From Vicugna vicugna (Eukaryota): a stretch of 64,000 nt of DNA. Positions 49,800 to 63,636 of the stretch are shown here, in pieces (positions within the stretch are counted from its first letter, which is position 1; the number at the start of each line of letters is the position of its first letter). The notes under the pieces were generated by a model. That model was not told the DNA's origin, did no database searches, and saw nothing but the letters and a program-made list of their open reading frames with translations. The stretch covers positions 1,139,523 through 1,203,522 of the forward strand of contig MU058463.1 in NCBI GenBank assembly GCA_013265495.1. The letters run 5' to 3'. The translations under genes were made by a program, and so were the position numbers.

Positions 49800-50290
49800 T
49801 GAAATCAACTAAATAGAAATCATTTTAATTGTTATGTATATATTGTTATTAAGGGGTTTTTTTTGTTCAGCATATTTTACACATTTTTAATATAGCTGAA
49901 AAGTTTTGCTTTCTCATGTAATGTCATTTATTCACACCCTCTCTATTTTGCAGATAGGTTTTACAAGCATCATTTTTAGTGTTTCATATTATATTTTACA
50001 TGTATTCTAGTGTACAATTGTATCTAGTGTACAACTCCTCTGCTGTTCACTTCTGATTGCTTCTAATTTGTTATTATACTTAGACTTATGAAAAATTTTG
50101 CACATACATTTTTATACAAATTATCTCAAGATAGTCTCAAAAAGTAAAATTGTTAAATATACATGTTAAAGCTATCATTGCATATTACCAAACTGCTTTT
50201 CAAAATTGGTGCACCAATTTATATCCAAAGTTATGATAGTGCATATTTTTCCATACTCTAGACTTTCATTGACTTTGTCATATTTAAAGA
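49800..50290 (-). mobile_element. Ancient L1 (L1ME-like) fragment
   Basis: tattaccaaactgcttttcaaaattggtgcaccaatttatatcc and neighbouring antisense L1 motifs. Confidence 0.5.
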
Positions 50291-51399
50291 TGATAATAGA
50301 AGAATTAGATAGTTATCTTTTGTGTTCACTTATGCCTACTCTAAACCGGACAGGTAATAAGAGTTAAATAAATATGTGAATTCTATTTTACAAGTAGACA
50401 GAGCTATCAGTATTCGTTTGTGATTTAAGTCTACTTTAGGCAGGAGGTAAAAGTTCTTACACACCCATATTTTGAAAAGAACCAACATTTCAGAATTTAA
50501 CTCCTAAACAAATTTTGTTACATGTCAGAATGGAAGTCATAACACATACACAAGCCTTTATTTGAATTTCAATGAGGTTGAAATGGGGCATGGGAATACT
50601 CCAGTCTGATCACTGGAAGAGTAACATTTTCTGAATAATGGAAAAGTGATGAGTTAAGTTTGCTAGTTTGCTCATTATGTTTATTTTTGTATACAACTCC
50701 CATGCTTATGGACTATGAATAAATAACTGGCATGAGGTTTTAGTAAGTCAGGCCCTCCTTCAATAATAATTGTTCACTCCATTTTTGTTTTTATCATTAT
50801 TTTATTTCAAAATTGGTGCTCTGCTGATACTTTCACATTCAGTTCCCTTAAATGTTTCAGTTAGTTGAAATTTCTCAGACTCTGATAGTTTGTCATTATT
50901 GATATATATTGTTAATGGAAATGTTTATGTGTTTTTGGTGACTTTTTGATAATTTATTTAGAAGTTTGATAAGAGTATATCATAGTTGCTAGCCTGCTGT
51001 CATTATACCTGTCATTATACTGAGTTAATTTTTATTAATTTTCCAATTACAAAGTTATACATGTAAGTGCAGAAAACCTGAGAGATCCAAAGAAGCTAAA
51101 ACAAAAATTTAGTTATAACTCACATCTTTATCACTAGAAAGTAACCCTAAGAAACTTTCAGAGTCACCTTTTTCAATACCCTCTTACAGATATAATTTAT
51201 CAATTAATTATATAATTATCATTTGGTAACATTGTTTTTTTCCCCACTTGGCTTTATACTGAACTTCTCTTTTTTATTATGATAAAGAGCTTAGGCTTCT
51301 GATATATATTATATAATCTGATTTCTTACAATATTGGGACCACAGTGGGTTTTATGGATGAATCTATAAAGAAATAAAGAACCTCATACTCCTCCTTGC

Positions 51400-51640
51400 T
51401 CCTGCCTGTCCAGTCCTCCAGATCTCTTTCACCCTCTTTAACTTTTCCTAGTCTTTAATCAACTTCTGACATACAATTTCATTTATTTACTATGGTTGCT
51501 GTTTATAATCTCTCTCTCAGACTGTAAACTCTGCAAAGGTGACAATATTTGATTTTTTTCATCAATCTGAGTATCTGAAACAGTGCTTGATACATAGTAG
51601 AAATTCAATAAATATTTGTGGAATAACCAAATGAATGGAT
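51400..51640 (+). mobile_element. L2 3' end
   Basis: agactgtaaactctgcaaagg...aacagtgcttgatacatagtagaaattcaataaatatttgtggaat. Confidence 0.8.
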
Positions 51641-51821
51641 CATTTCAAAGAATAGTAACCACATTTCAGTTACTTAAGAAACTGTACATCTGTTGAGATA
51701 TTTGCATAGATGGAACACCAGATAGCCTAAGACAAACAAGACAGGAAATAAAGAAGCTTCTGAGGGCACCAGGAAACATGAAGAAAATACGTCATCTCTC
51801 TCAAAGTAAAGACAGTCTACA

Positions 51822-51949
51822 GAGAAAAAAAAATGTGACAATGAATATATATATGTTCATGTATAACTGAAAAATTGTGCTCTACACTGGAATTTGACAC
51901 AACATTGTAAAATGATTATAAATCAATAAAAAATGTTAAAAAAAAAAAA
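51822..51949 (+). mobile_element. Severely 5'-truncated young L1 3' end (~130 bp) with poly(A)
   Basis: ...acattgtaaaatgattataaatcaataaaaaatgtt(A)n; TSD aaagtaaagacagtctaca (51803-51821) / aaagtgaggacagtctaca (51950-51968). Confidence 0.9.
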
Positions 51950-54699
51950 AAAGTGAGGACAGTCTACATGACAGTAGCTATTATTCCTGTTGCCACAAAG
52001 CTGCAATTGTTAATCTCCAGCCTAGTCCTGGCATTGCTGGCTAGCCCAGGCATTGTTGGCTAGAGGTTGAGAGTTCTGTGAGAGATTGCAAGCTTGAGTA
52101 AACTCAATTCCATTACCTGAAGTCTGGTTATACAAGTGAGGAGAGCTGCAAACCTGGTTTTCTTGGCTTCCAAAATGACAGGCAGCCACAATGTGTTACC
52201 CTACCCTTAAGAATACAGAGAATTCAAAGTAATTTCATTCCACTAACAAAAAAGTTAGGATACTGGATACTGAGCAAACCACAATGAAAGTACAATCCAA
52301 ACGTTTATTATAACATGTCTATTCACAATTGACATGTTAACATATAAAAAAAAATTAAATATATTCATTTTAAAAGATTTAATCCTTCCAAAATCAGACT
52401 GTGCTGCTTCTCTAGAAGTTTAAATATATCTATTTAAATACATCTAATTATCTCAGGTAATAAGATGTTACAGTTTATTCCACAATTTATATTTAAATGC
52501 AGTGATTAACAGTAATTGTTTTAATATTTTAATCTGCTCTAAAAAGGACATTCATGTTCCTGCATGTAGGCAATTCAGTGAAATTCAACTGTTTATAGAC
52601 TCCATCTGTTCTGCATATAGAGTATATATCTTTATTATATCATCACTTTTAACTCAACTTCTGGTGAAGGTGTTCTTGGAGTCTGGGACAGTGTAGTATG
52701 AAAAATTAGATTAAACTTGCATGTATATGTGTGTGTGTTTTCAACGTGTGAAGTTTCTTTTTCCTTAGGCTATTATACATTTTGACTTTCACAGCTCTCT
52801 TTTTATCACATTATTCATATACAATCCAATCCTGCTCAGATGTCATAAGTTGAGAATTCTCTCTCCTTGTACAATTTATACAAATCTGTTTTTTCCAGAT
52901 GTATGCGTATGTGTGTATACACTTCATATACATATACATACATCTGGGAGAAAAATATACATGAAATTGCAAATAATAAAATACATCATACTTTGTATGA
53001 AAAGTTTTATTTATAGAGAGATTTACTTCTAAAGATAAACAGGACAGCTTTTTATACAGCAGCATTTAATATTATTTCCTCTGAAAAAGGATAAAAAAAA
53101 AAATACCCTGAGCAGAATTCTAACAGCGACTTGTACTCTAAAAACCACTTGCATTATCTTATTTTGTAACCAAAATGGATATTTATGAAAATTTAATGCA
53201 GATAATGAAGCATAGCATTACACTCTATCAATGAGGACACCAATCATGTGTAAAAATGTGAAATGAAAGGACTGTAATTTAATGGACTACACAAAAATAA
53301 CAGTCTTATCACTGCACTTAGCCTGGTTTCCCATGGAAACAAGAATAAAAACTACTGAGTGCTCTCACACTCTAGGTAGCAAATAAAAGTTAAATAACAA
53401 TTATTGTTATTAGGCTATCAGTCAGACTGTCAACCTCTGTAATGTTAATAACTTTGGCCTTAGCAGCCCGTTTCAGCAAAGTTTACAATGATCTGGGTCT
53501 CAGTGCTGAATAAGAATATAAAACATCAAGAAAATAAAAACAAATCTATCACTGAGATGTACAAAGAACAAGTGACAAAAGAATGTTAGGAACTTAGTAT
53601 TCATTCATTTTATTTTATGTATAGATGCCACATTTTGAAACAAATTTTATGCACGCCCTTTTTTGCAGAGTATGTTGGCCATTTTGAAGATGCATATTGA
53701 AATGAAATTTAATAATACTTTACCCTGCTAAAATACTTGTTTCCCATGTGAAAATATGCCCAGAAAATTCATTGTAACTGCCTGAGTAATAAGTTCTTCA
53801 GTCTTTCTATTGAATGTCCCTATACCATCTTGACTGATAAGAAATTCTGCTGAAATCAGCTATGAACATCATTTTTTTTCCTACTCATTTTAATAGTTTC
53901 CTTGGTCCCCATCAAAACCATTGCCTGTCACTAATTTCAACAAAGTCCATTCCATTAAATAATACCTATCTACATCCTTATTGTGAAAAACCTTATTTGT
54001 TTTACTTTTCAATGTCATCAACTTATTTTGAAACTGCCTTCTGTTTTCCTTCTCAAACTCTTTCTTATCTTTTCTTAGTATGTAACAATTACCATAAAGA
54101 AAAATCTAAATTTCAACTTTGAAGTTTTTCATTCTCATCCTTCTCTATGCTTTTATTATAATTACATTTATCCTGTAAGAGTTAAATCCACAAGTTGCAT
54201 TTTCATGATAACAAAACCAAGGCTCTTCCAAAATCCTTTAATTCAGAAAACAATGTTTTGCTTGATAGATTTGTTTTTTTCTTGATGTTTTGTTTTCTTA
54301 TTCAGCACAGAGACCCAGATCATTGTAAATATTTGCTTAAGCAATGTTTTGCTTAATAATTTTTTTCTTATCTGAAAAGACAGGTTATCATAGATGCAGG
54401 ACTTGTGTCTATTAAGTTTTTGCTTTCTAACTTGTGAAAAGTAATTATTTTAACCTTAGAAAGTATTACTTCAATTCTTATTAAAATCGTCAAATTAAAA
54501 TACCAAAAACGAAATGTTATGCTCAGGAATACATATCTTCACTCTATAATAAAGTTATATTCATATAATCTCTATTTTTGAAATAGGTAATGTGCTCTGT
54601 TTTGTGTATTTCCACTTTTGGAAAGAGCAACTTACAGCATTTGGCATCAGTCGAGTCTGTGGAGTGTGGTGATTCTCTGTCAGTATACAGCCTTTTTAT

Positions 54700-54945
54700 T
54701 TGTCCCAGCCCCTTCCATTGACTCTTCTCATGATGTTCACTTTTCATTCTTTACTTTTCAGATTAAATGCCTCCATTCCAGAAAACTTCTCTGGTTTCCT
54801 TCACTTCTTAACTGTTATCAGCACACTATTCATTTTAATTTCTGTTATTAGAGTTTGCCTGCATGTTTATAAATCTTCTTTACCTATTAGAATGTGGAAA
54901 TTTGTAGAAAAACATCTGGTCTAGATCCATCCTGTCAAAACAGTT
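54700..54945 (+). mobile_element. L2 3' fragment
   Basis: tcagattaaatgcctccattccagaaaacttctct...cctattagaatgtggaaatttgtag. Confidence 0.5.
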
Positions 54946-54999
54946 GTGTCCATCTATTGAGAGGGATTGCAGATTAGTGGTACCTTCCAGCACATGAAT

Positions 55000-55460
55000 A
55001 ATGTTCATTTACACATTTATTTAATAATATTTATCCAAGTCTTATTGTACGCAAAGAACTGACTCAACTGTAGTATGGTCAGGGTATGCAATTTAGATAA
55101 GAAGATACATGATTTTTGAAGGGAAAGAATGAGAAGCCAACAGGCAATTCCACTAGACTGTGATAGGTGCTATGGGAGGGAAAGCACCAGGTGCTGTTGG
55201 AGCGTTATTGGGAGGGTCAGGACAAACTCGAAGGAGAAGATATACACGCTGAGACCAGGAATGTGGCAGGATTTATCTAGGTTATAAGCAAGAGGAAAAG
55301 TTTCCAGATAGACAAAGTCCATTTATGTAGCAGGTGAAACAGACATTAGAGCACGTTTAGGAAACTTACACAGTTGAGTACAACTACATTATAGTATGGG
55401 GGCTGAATGGCAAAAGATGAGGTGGCAAGGTAAACCAGTGTCCTGTCATGACAAATCCCA
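55000..55460 (-). mobile_element. L2 3' region
   Basis: tgtgataggtgctatgggagggaaagcaccaggtgctgttggagc...ttccagatagacaaag...aagatgaggtggcaagg. Confidence 0.7.
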
Positions 55461-57164
55461 TAAACTGACGTAACACATAAGGAGAAACAGAATGTGTTTT
55501 ATTGTCATCTACCAAAATTGTATGGGAATATTAGAAAATAAATGTTGACGTCTTTTAGATTAAATTATTCAACTGTAAGGACCACATCATGGGAGAGGAA
55601 GCTAGATTTCTCATTCTATTTCTCATATGTATACATCTTATTTGCTTTACAAATAAAAGGTAAGAGCATCCCCGGATCCTGAGTCCTGATGTATGTGAAG
55701 GACACAGAGGAGTTTTGGTATATTTTTTCAGTATTATGCAAAACAAACTTTCTAAATTTTCTGTAACCCTGATGAATAAACGTTATTTCTTCAAGGGGCT
55801 TCCTGATACAGTTCAGAGCAGTTTCACTTACTAGCTGTCATATTTTCTACACCTAACACATTTGATTCCATACTATCTCATATAGAATGCTTAACACAGA
55901 AATTTATTAACAGTTGAATAGCATTGAGGCGTAAGTCATCTAGTGATTGAAGATTTGTATAGCTTGTAAGTGCTATAGCTTCTGAAACAATTTCTCATTT
56001 GTACAATAAATATGCTTTTTGGTCACAACTACTCTTAGTTACAGGGATAAAGCCAGCATTAGAACCCATGAATTTTAGTACAGTATTTTCTCTATTATAT
56101 CATAGTACCTTTCTCAGTAGTTGGACAATGTATAAGAGATATGGTAACAGCTCTCAATTTTATTTTTCTTTATGTAACAAGAAGAAAATGAGATAGGAAA
56201 CTGAAATAACTTCTATAAGTTTTATTGTAATTATTATTTTAGTTTATGATGATAATGATTAAAGTATTAAGTTGATTGACTCTATCCTGATGTATAAGCT
56301 ACTGTCTTTAAAAAATATAAGAATGCATCAATTTGGCTGGCATACATATGTGAAATTCAAATAGTTGCATGAAAAGCCTGCATCAGAAATAGTTCTACAA
56401 CATAATGATTTAATGTAGACATAAGACCAGTGCATTTATTTTCAGTAAACATACTTGCCATCTAAAATTTCCTACACAAGGAAAGCAGAGAACATTATAT
56501 TAGTTCAGAATCTTGAGTCTAATGAACTGATATGAAAAACCATTAGTTTACTTTGCCAAATTCAGCTCTGGTGTGAGAGCAAAAAGATGTTTTTCTTTCT
56601 TTCTTTTTTTTAACTTTGATGTGATTTATTTCCAATGTCTATTTATTATATTTCACTTTTATATAGTGGAGCTCACTCTTTTTGCTATATTTCATTTTGG
56701 TAGCAATGGTTTTGGTAATTTAATGTTTGAAATAGAAAATCTAATAGGTATGTTGTTATTTACTATATAAAATATAAAATTACTCTTCAAAGAGCGATAT
56801 TAAATTCACAGATACACAAAATACAGAGTAATCTAGATCATTTGTCTATGAATGAATCAAATAGGAAAACACTGCACAGAAACACATCAGTGCTTTTAGG
56901 GACACATAAATGATGTTAGAGAAGGTGGAATTATGACTGGACTTTCTTAATTAGTTAATATGAAACTGCATTATCTCTGGGTCTATGACCTTCATTTATA
57001 TATAACATGTTGTGTTTTAATCATTATACAGCAGCCTATTTGAGAATTAATCTATTAAATGGGTTGTTTTCACCTAAATATTTTAAAATATTTAGTATTT
57101 AAATTAATTCACAATTTTTAAAAGGAAAATTTAAAATTAATGGCCCCTAAGTATAAAACATGTT

Positions 57165-57335
57165 GCTGTATTTGATATTTAATATAATACAATCATCAAT
57201 TTTAAGACACACCAATATTTTATGTATCACAAGGAAAGAGTGTAATTGTTAGACATATTGTTACATGCATCTCAATTTCACAGATGTTAAAATGAGAGGT
57301 GGGTTTAGGATACATGCAAGTTTAATTAAAATAAA
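57165..57335. mobile_element. MER104-like (TcMar-Tc2) MITE
   Basis: catcaattttaagacacaccaatattttatgta...atgcatctcaatttcacagatgttaaaatg. Confidence 0.55.
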
Positions 57336-57709
57336 CAAAAACAAGGGAAACCTGACTTACTCAGACTGTTCCGCAATAATAATAATTTTGGAATGTCTGA
57401 AATAAGTTCCTAGTAAGTATATCAGATGGCAGCAAAGAGACAAGATCTATCTTGTTTGGTGTTACAGAAGGAGCAAACCATTAGTGATGCGCTGTGTTTT
57501 ATATTCTTTATAGTACTAAACTTTTAAAGGCTGAGGTAATATTCCTTTGGTAGTCACCTCAGTCTTGCAGTGAGTCTCACAAAGCTTTCTGATATTGCAC
57601 ACTAAGGAGAAAAGGATTTATAACCATTCATAAATAGGGCAAAAGGAATTGCATTATAGCTGCCTAGCATCCAAGTGAGCTTAGAGAAGAATGTGAACTC
57701 TACCACCTC

Positions 57710-58070
57710 TGCATTGGCCAGGTTATGTTATGCTTTACGGTGGTATCATCGCACCATTGCTCAGTGGCTTAGTACATCAAAACTGAGTTTCTTGCTCACC
57801 TAAAGACGATGAAGGTTGTGAGATTTTCCGGGATAGCTCTCCTCACCATAAAGTGATTAAAGACTTGAGCTTCCTCCAGCTTTTCATGCTGCAGTTTCCT
57901 TCTGTAGCCTCTAGGGTGCTTACACCAAGAACAAGGGGAGCCAGGGAACTACACTGGAGGAGCATCTATTACATCCATTCACGTTGGCCAGAACTTTTCA
58001 CGTGACCCCAGGCTAACTATAAGGCCAGCTGAGGAATACAGTGAGTTTAGTAATCACTACGTTTCCATAA
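57710..58070 (-). mobile_element. Old MaLR LTR (MLT1J-like)
   Basis: ctcagtggctta...tttcttgctcac...cattcacgttggccagaact...cacgtgacccca..ctaactataagg. Confidence 0.7.
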
Positions 58071-59309
58071 TCCTTCTGTAAAACTCTTTCTTCCAACATA
58101 TATCTATTAGGAATATTTTTATAATATGTTGTTTTAATGCTAATAAATAATGACATAGAGAGTAAGATGGTCTGTGTATAATTATGCCAAATTCTTTTCC
58201 TCAGGCCTCTGTTAAAGTTACCCCTTTGCTGCTGCCCTTTTCCTCAATGTGAACCTAGGTCACACTTCTACTGCAAGTACCGAGCTTTCAGAATAATGTT
58301 TATTTATTCACATTTTGAATTTCTCCTGTCATGACTATTTTCACTTTGAGACCAGGGACTAGATGCTGTTCACTTGTATTTCTCCACAGTGTACCACTGC
58401 AGTGTACCACTGAATCTATTATAATACACACTTAGGAAAATACAGTACTACATTTAACAGGTTTTTATTTGTAACTCTAGTCATATGTCTACTTTTCTAT
58501 TTTTTACTTCTTGGGATAATTAAATTTCAGTTCTCTTGATTCTTTTACCTCATATAAAATTATCTCAAATTGAAATAATTTTGTTAAAGAGGTCAAACAT
58601 GAGATTATGAGTTATGTACACTGATAATTTGAGATAATAATTCAGTGGCCAAATTCATCATAATAGCCAGTAGTTGTAATTGATACAATTGCAGTTATTT
58701 GGAAATGTAGATACTTGGGTCTTCTATTGATAAAGTTGTGTGAACTTAAAAGGCTAACAAACTTGCCAGTTCTCAGTTTTCAATAGCTCTTCTGCTGAAA
58801 AAATCGTAAGATTTGTAATTTTGCTTTCAAGGTTAACGTATGAGAATTATATGGCATATAATATTTTTGATAATAATGATATATATAGGGTAATATTACA
58901 GTATATACCCAGATGAAATAAATTTAAGAATTATGTGCAATCTTAACCTTTCAGACATAGGAGAAATGAGATTAATGTTACTTTGTATTGTCTATTATGG
59001 ACAAATGAAACATTCTTTTTAAAAGTAGCAATATATGTTTCAGTGTTTTATAGATATATCTTATTATAAATGTTTTAATATTTTACATTTATCACAACAA
59101 GTTTGATATTAAAGCACATGAAGTAATTTGTCTTTGAATTACTAAACAGAATCCATATTACAAATAAGCATAGTAATTATAGCCAAATGCAAGGAACTAC
59201 ATGCCCTTTAAATTTATAACAGTAAAAAACCTCTAGCGATTTTAAGCTAGATTTTAAAGTTTTGCTTTCTCTCACTGTATATAAACTGTAAAATTAATCT
59301 TTCATTAAT

Positions 59310-59500
59310 AATCACAGCAAAAACTCCCACAGTAGTCCTATGTGCCAGGTACCATTCAGTTACTCTACAGATATTAACTCGGGTCATTTTCACAGCAATT
59401 CTGTGATATAGGTATTATTATTATTACTATTTCACAGTGATGAAATTAAGGCATGGACAGAGTATATTGCTCACGGTCTGGGTCTTCATGGTATGAGTTC
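59310..59500 (-). mobile_element. MIR SINE
   Basis: cctatgtgccaggtaccatt...ttcacagcaattctgtgatataggtattatt...tttcacagtgatgaaattaaggca. Confidence 0.75.
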
Positions 59501-59647
59501 TTAAAAATTATATAATTTAGTATCTTAAGAATGAAAAACAGAAGTGGTCTAATAAAATATTCAGGTTAGAGAATATTAGAACTACTTATCATTTTTATCA
59601 TATAACTCAATAAATAGCTATCAATTTAATATGTAAAGAAACTAGTG

Positions 59648-60041
59648 GGTAAGTAATATTCCATTGTGTGTGTGTACATGTATCACATCTTCTTTATTCA
59701 TTTGTCTGTTGAGGGACACTTGGGTTGCTTCCCTGTCTTGGCTATGCAGTCAACATTAGGGTGCATGTATCCTTTGGAATGCTCCAGTTATATACCCAGG
59801 AGAGGAATTGCTTCATCATATGGTAGTTCAATTTTTAATTTTTTAAGGAACCTCAGTACTGTTTTCCATAGTGACTGCACCAATTTACATTCCCACCAAA
59901 AGTGTACTATGGTTCCCAGAGGGAATTATAGCCAGTGTCTTGTAATAAATTTTAATGGAGTATAATCTGTAAAAGTACTGAATCACTATGTTGTACACCT
60001 GAAACTAATATAATATTGTAAATCAACTATACTTCAATATC
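59648..60041 (+). mobile_element. Short L1 with 5' inversion (twin priming)
   Basis: Antisense ORF2-end piece at ~59650-59915 joined to a sense 3' terminus (...tgttgtacacctgaaactaatataatattgtaaatcaactatacttcaat); TSD aaagaaactagtg (59635-59647) / aaagaaaatagtg (60042-60054). Confidence 0.85.
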
Positions 60042-60259
60042 AAAGAAAATAGTGAAAGGAAATAAGAAATATAAATAGGAGAAAAAGAAGTTAGAAAAGA
60101 CAGGAATGTAAGGAGGAAAAGGAGAAGTAAGAAAAATGTCAAGGATCAGGCACAGGTAAATTGTGCATATTTGTTTACATTTATATGAATATATATTAAA
60201 ATTATGTATCAACATTTGGTAATTATGTTAGAAAAATAATGACAATATGTTGAATAAAA

Positions 60260-63200
60260 GAAGGCACACTTTAATTATAAAGACAGAAATAGGTTAAAAT
60301 AAGAAGTGTAGTGTCCTAGTCCCTTCAAGCTGCTATTACAAAGTATCTTAGACTGGGTAGCTTATGAACAACAGAAATTTATTTCTCTCAGTTCCAGAGG
60401 CTAGAAGTGCAAGGCACCAGTATTCATAGCCTTCTCTGTCCTCACATGGTGAAACGGGTCCAGGGAGTAATCTTGGGCCTCTTTGGGGCACTAATTCCAT
60501 TCAGGTCAAAGCCCTCATGACCTAAAATCCTTCCAATGGCTCCACCTCCTTAAACTATCACCTTGGGAGTTAGGTTTCAATATATGAATTTTTAAGAGAT
60601 ACATGTGGACCACAGCATGTGGAAAAAGATATATTATATCATAAAGATGCTAATCAAAATAATGCAGATGGCATTATCAATATTAGGAATAGTATAGTTC
60701 AGACAAAGTATATTTCCAGGGATAAAAAGAGACATAATGGTCAAAGTTGGTTCTCCAAGAGACACCCGTTTTAAATATGCATGCATCCCACATGACAGTT
60801 TCAACATATGTGAAGCAAACACTGATACAACTAAAAGGAGAAAGGAACAAATCTATAATAAAAAAATACTTCTCTTGCAGTAAACAAACATAAGTTGACA
60901 AGAAAACAGTAAAACACAGAAGACTTTACAGAACTATCAACCAATTTGCCCAGTGACATGTATAGAATATTTAACAAGCTAATACACATTTTTTTTCAAG
61001 TGCTTATGAAACATTTATCAAGAATAATCATTTTCTAGGACATAAGACAAGTCTTAAAAGTTTAAAGGATTGAAAATATACAATTTGTAGTCTCTAACCA
61101 CAATGGCATTAAACTGGAAATTAGTGAGAGAAAAATATGTTGTTCAATTTGTGGATTTTCCAGATTAAATCTACCAATCCTTCTACGTAACTCCATACAT
61201 CAGTGAAGAAGCCAAAAGGGAAATTAGAAAATAATTTGAATTGAGTGAAAGTGAAAACAGAACTCTGTCACTCAGAATCCAGACAGGTATGGCAACATAT
61301 CAAAATGTAGGACAAAATGAAAACAGTGCTTAGAGAGAAATGCATAGTTAAATGCTTGTGTCAGGAAAGATGAAAAGTCTTAAATCAATGATCTAAGTTT
61401 TCAACTTAAGAAACTAGAAATATAGGAGCAAACTAAACTCAAAGAAATGAAATAAAGAGGAAATAAAGAAAATTGAATATATAAAGACAATAAAAAAATA
61501 AAAGGTAGTTTTCTGAAATGATATTGAGAGAATTGTTGCTGGAGTGTTTTTTGAAAAGAGAGAAACAGAAGACACACATTGCTAATGTGAGAGATAAAAT
61601 TAGTATATTGCCACATATCTGAGATACATAAGGATGTAATAAAAATATTATAAACAGTTTCACACCAAAAGATTCATAACTAAGATGAAATTGACATATT
61701 CCTTGAAAGATATAAATTACAAAAATTTACTGAAGAAGGAAAAAGTAAGCTAAAAAGGTCTATATCTATTAGAGAAATTAAATACATTGTTCAAAAAAAA
61801 ATCCAGCAGTAAAAACTACAGACCAAGGTATAGTCATCAACAATGGCTTTGATGTTGATCTATGAAACATTTAGAAAAGAAATAATACCAGTGCCACAAA
61901 AACAAAAACACTTTCCTAAAGTAGAAGAGGAAAGAATGCTTTCAAACTCATTTTAGGAGACCAGTATTACCCTAATGCCAAAACAAGTAAAGATGTTAAC
62001 AGGAATGAAAAATATCCCTTCTGAGCACAAATGCAGAAGTCATCAAATATGGCAGAAAATAAATCCAACAATATAAAAGAAAGATTATGATGAAGTGGGA
62101 TTTACCCAGGGCAAGACTGAATCAACATTGAAAGTCAATCAAGGGAATTCACTGTATCTATAGACTAAAGGAGAAAAGTCATATGATCATCTCCATAGAC
62201 ACAGAGAAGCCATGTGAGAAAATTCAGTTTACATTCATGATAAAAACTCTCAGCATTAAAAAAAAAAGTTACTTCCTTAACCTGATGACAAACGTCATCT
62301 ACAAAATATTCACAGATAAAATCTTAACAAAATGGTAAAAGACAGTACTTTCACAAAGATCAGGAATATGGTAGAGATGTTTACTTTCATCACTCTTATT
62401 AAGCATCATATTGGAGTATAGTAAGAGAGGAACAGGAAGTGAAATGCATACAGATTGGAAAGGAGAAAGGAAGCATTGTATTTGCATATGATACTGTTGT
62501 CTACATTAAAAAGTTTCAAAGATTATGAAAAAAATGAAATAGATCTAAGTATTGAGTTTAGTGTGTATAGATATAGATACATATATTCCTACATTATAAC
62601 GATGAAAAACTGAAACGTAAAATTAAAATGCTATCTATGATAAAACCAATAATAAAAAATATTTATGGGTAAAGCTAATGTATTATAAGAAAAAATTTGG
62701 CTGAAAATTACAAAACATTGATGACAGAATCAAAGAAAACTTAAATACATGGAGTGATTTATTGTATTCAAGGATTGAAAGATACATTTTTAAGATATCA
62801 GTTTAAGATACCAGTTTTCTCCAATTCATCTGTAGTTTCAATGCAAACCCAAAGTCCTAGCAATCTTTCACTACAGAAATGAAGAAGCTGCTTCTAAAGT
62901 GTATATGAAAAGGTAAAAACGTAGACGAGTTATAGCCATTTTTAAAAGAACAAAGTTAGAGGACTCACACCGAGTCTGATTTCCAAACTTACTATAAAGC
63001 TACAGAAATAAAAGCAGTGTAGTTTAGACAAAGTATATACATAGATCAGTGAAAGAATATGGAAACCAGAAATTGGTTTACTCAAATTTAGTTGGTTCAA
63101 CAAAGTTACCAAGGTAATTCAATGGAGAAAAAATAATCTTTTCAACTAACAGTGCTGGTAAGTTTGGACAGCCATGTGCCATGCTTCTTCTCCCCCACCC

Positions 63201-63630
63201 ACCACCCTGCCGCACACAAACACACTTCCTCAAGACATATTTCATGATATTCATATAACATAATGCAAAATGGATCATGCACTTAAATGTAACTTAAAGC
63301 TATGCAATGTCTAAGGTAAAATGTAGAAGAAATTCTTCTGACCTATTGTTAGGCAAAGAATTCTCAGGACACAAAATATGCAACCATAAAATAAAGGATT
63401 ATTATATTTTATCTAATAAAAATAGATTTTATCAAAACTAAAAACTTACTTTCAAAGGCACTGTTATAAAATTGAAAGAACAAGTCAATGCCTGGGAGGC
63501 ATGATTTGCCATTCACAAATTGAGTAAATGATGTCAGTCCAGAAGAAAGAAAAAGAAAACAATCTTACTTTTTAAAAAATTAGGAAAAAATGGTTTGAAT
63601 AAACACTTCAACAAAAAGGAAATAAGCATG
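60260..63630 (+). mobile_element. Old L1 ORF2 body (endonuclease through RT), heavily decayed, interrupted by MLT1A
   Basis: Collinear sense ORF2 motifs (ctaaccacaatggcattaaactggaaat, ccagtattaccctaatgccaaaac, catatgatcatctccatagacacagagaagc, aaacttactataaagctacag, aaatggatcatgcacttaaatgt); no long ORF left. Confidence 0.85.
60312..60617 (-). mobile_element. MaLR solo LTR (MLT1A-like)
   Basis: gctgctattacaaagtatcttagactgggtagctta..aacaacagaaatttattt...ttaggtttcaatatatgaattt...gaccacagca; 5-bp TSD tgtag/tgtgg. Confidence 0.85.
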
Positions 63631-63636
63631 AAAATA

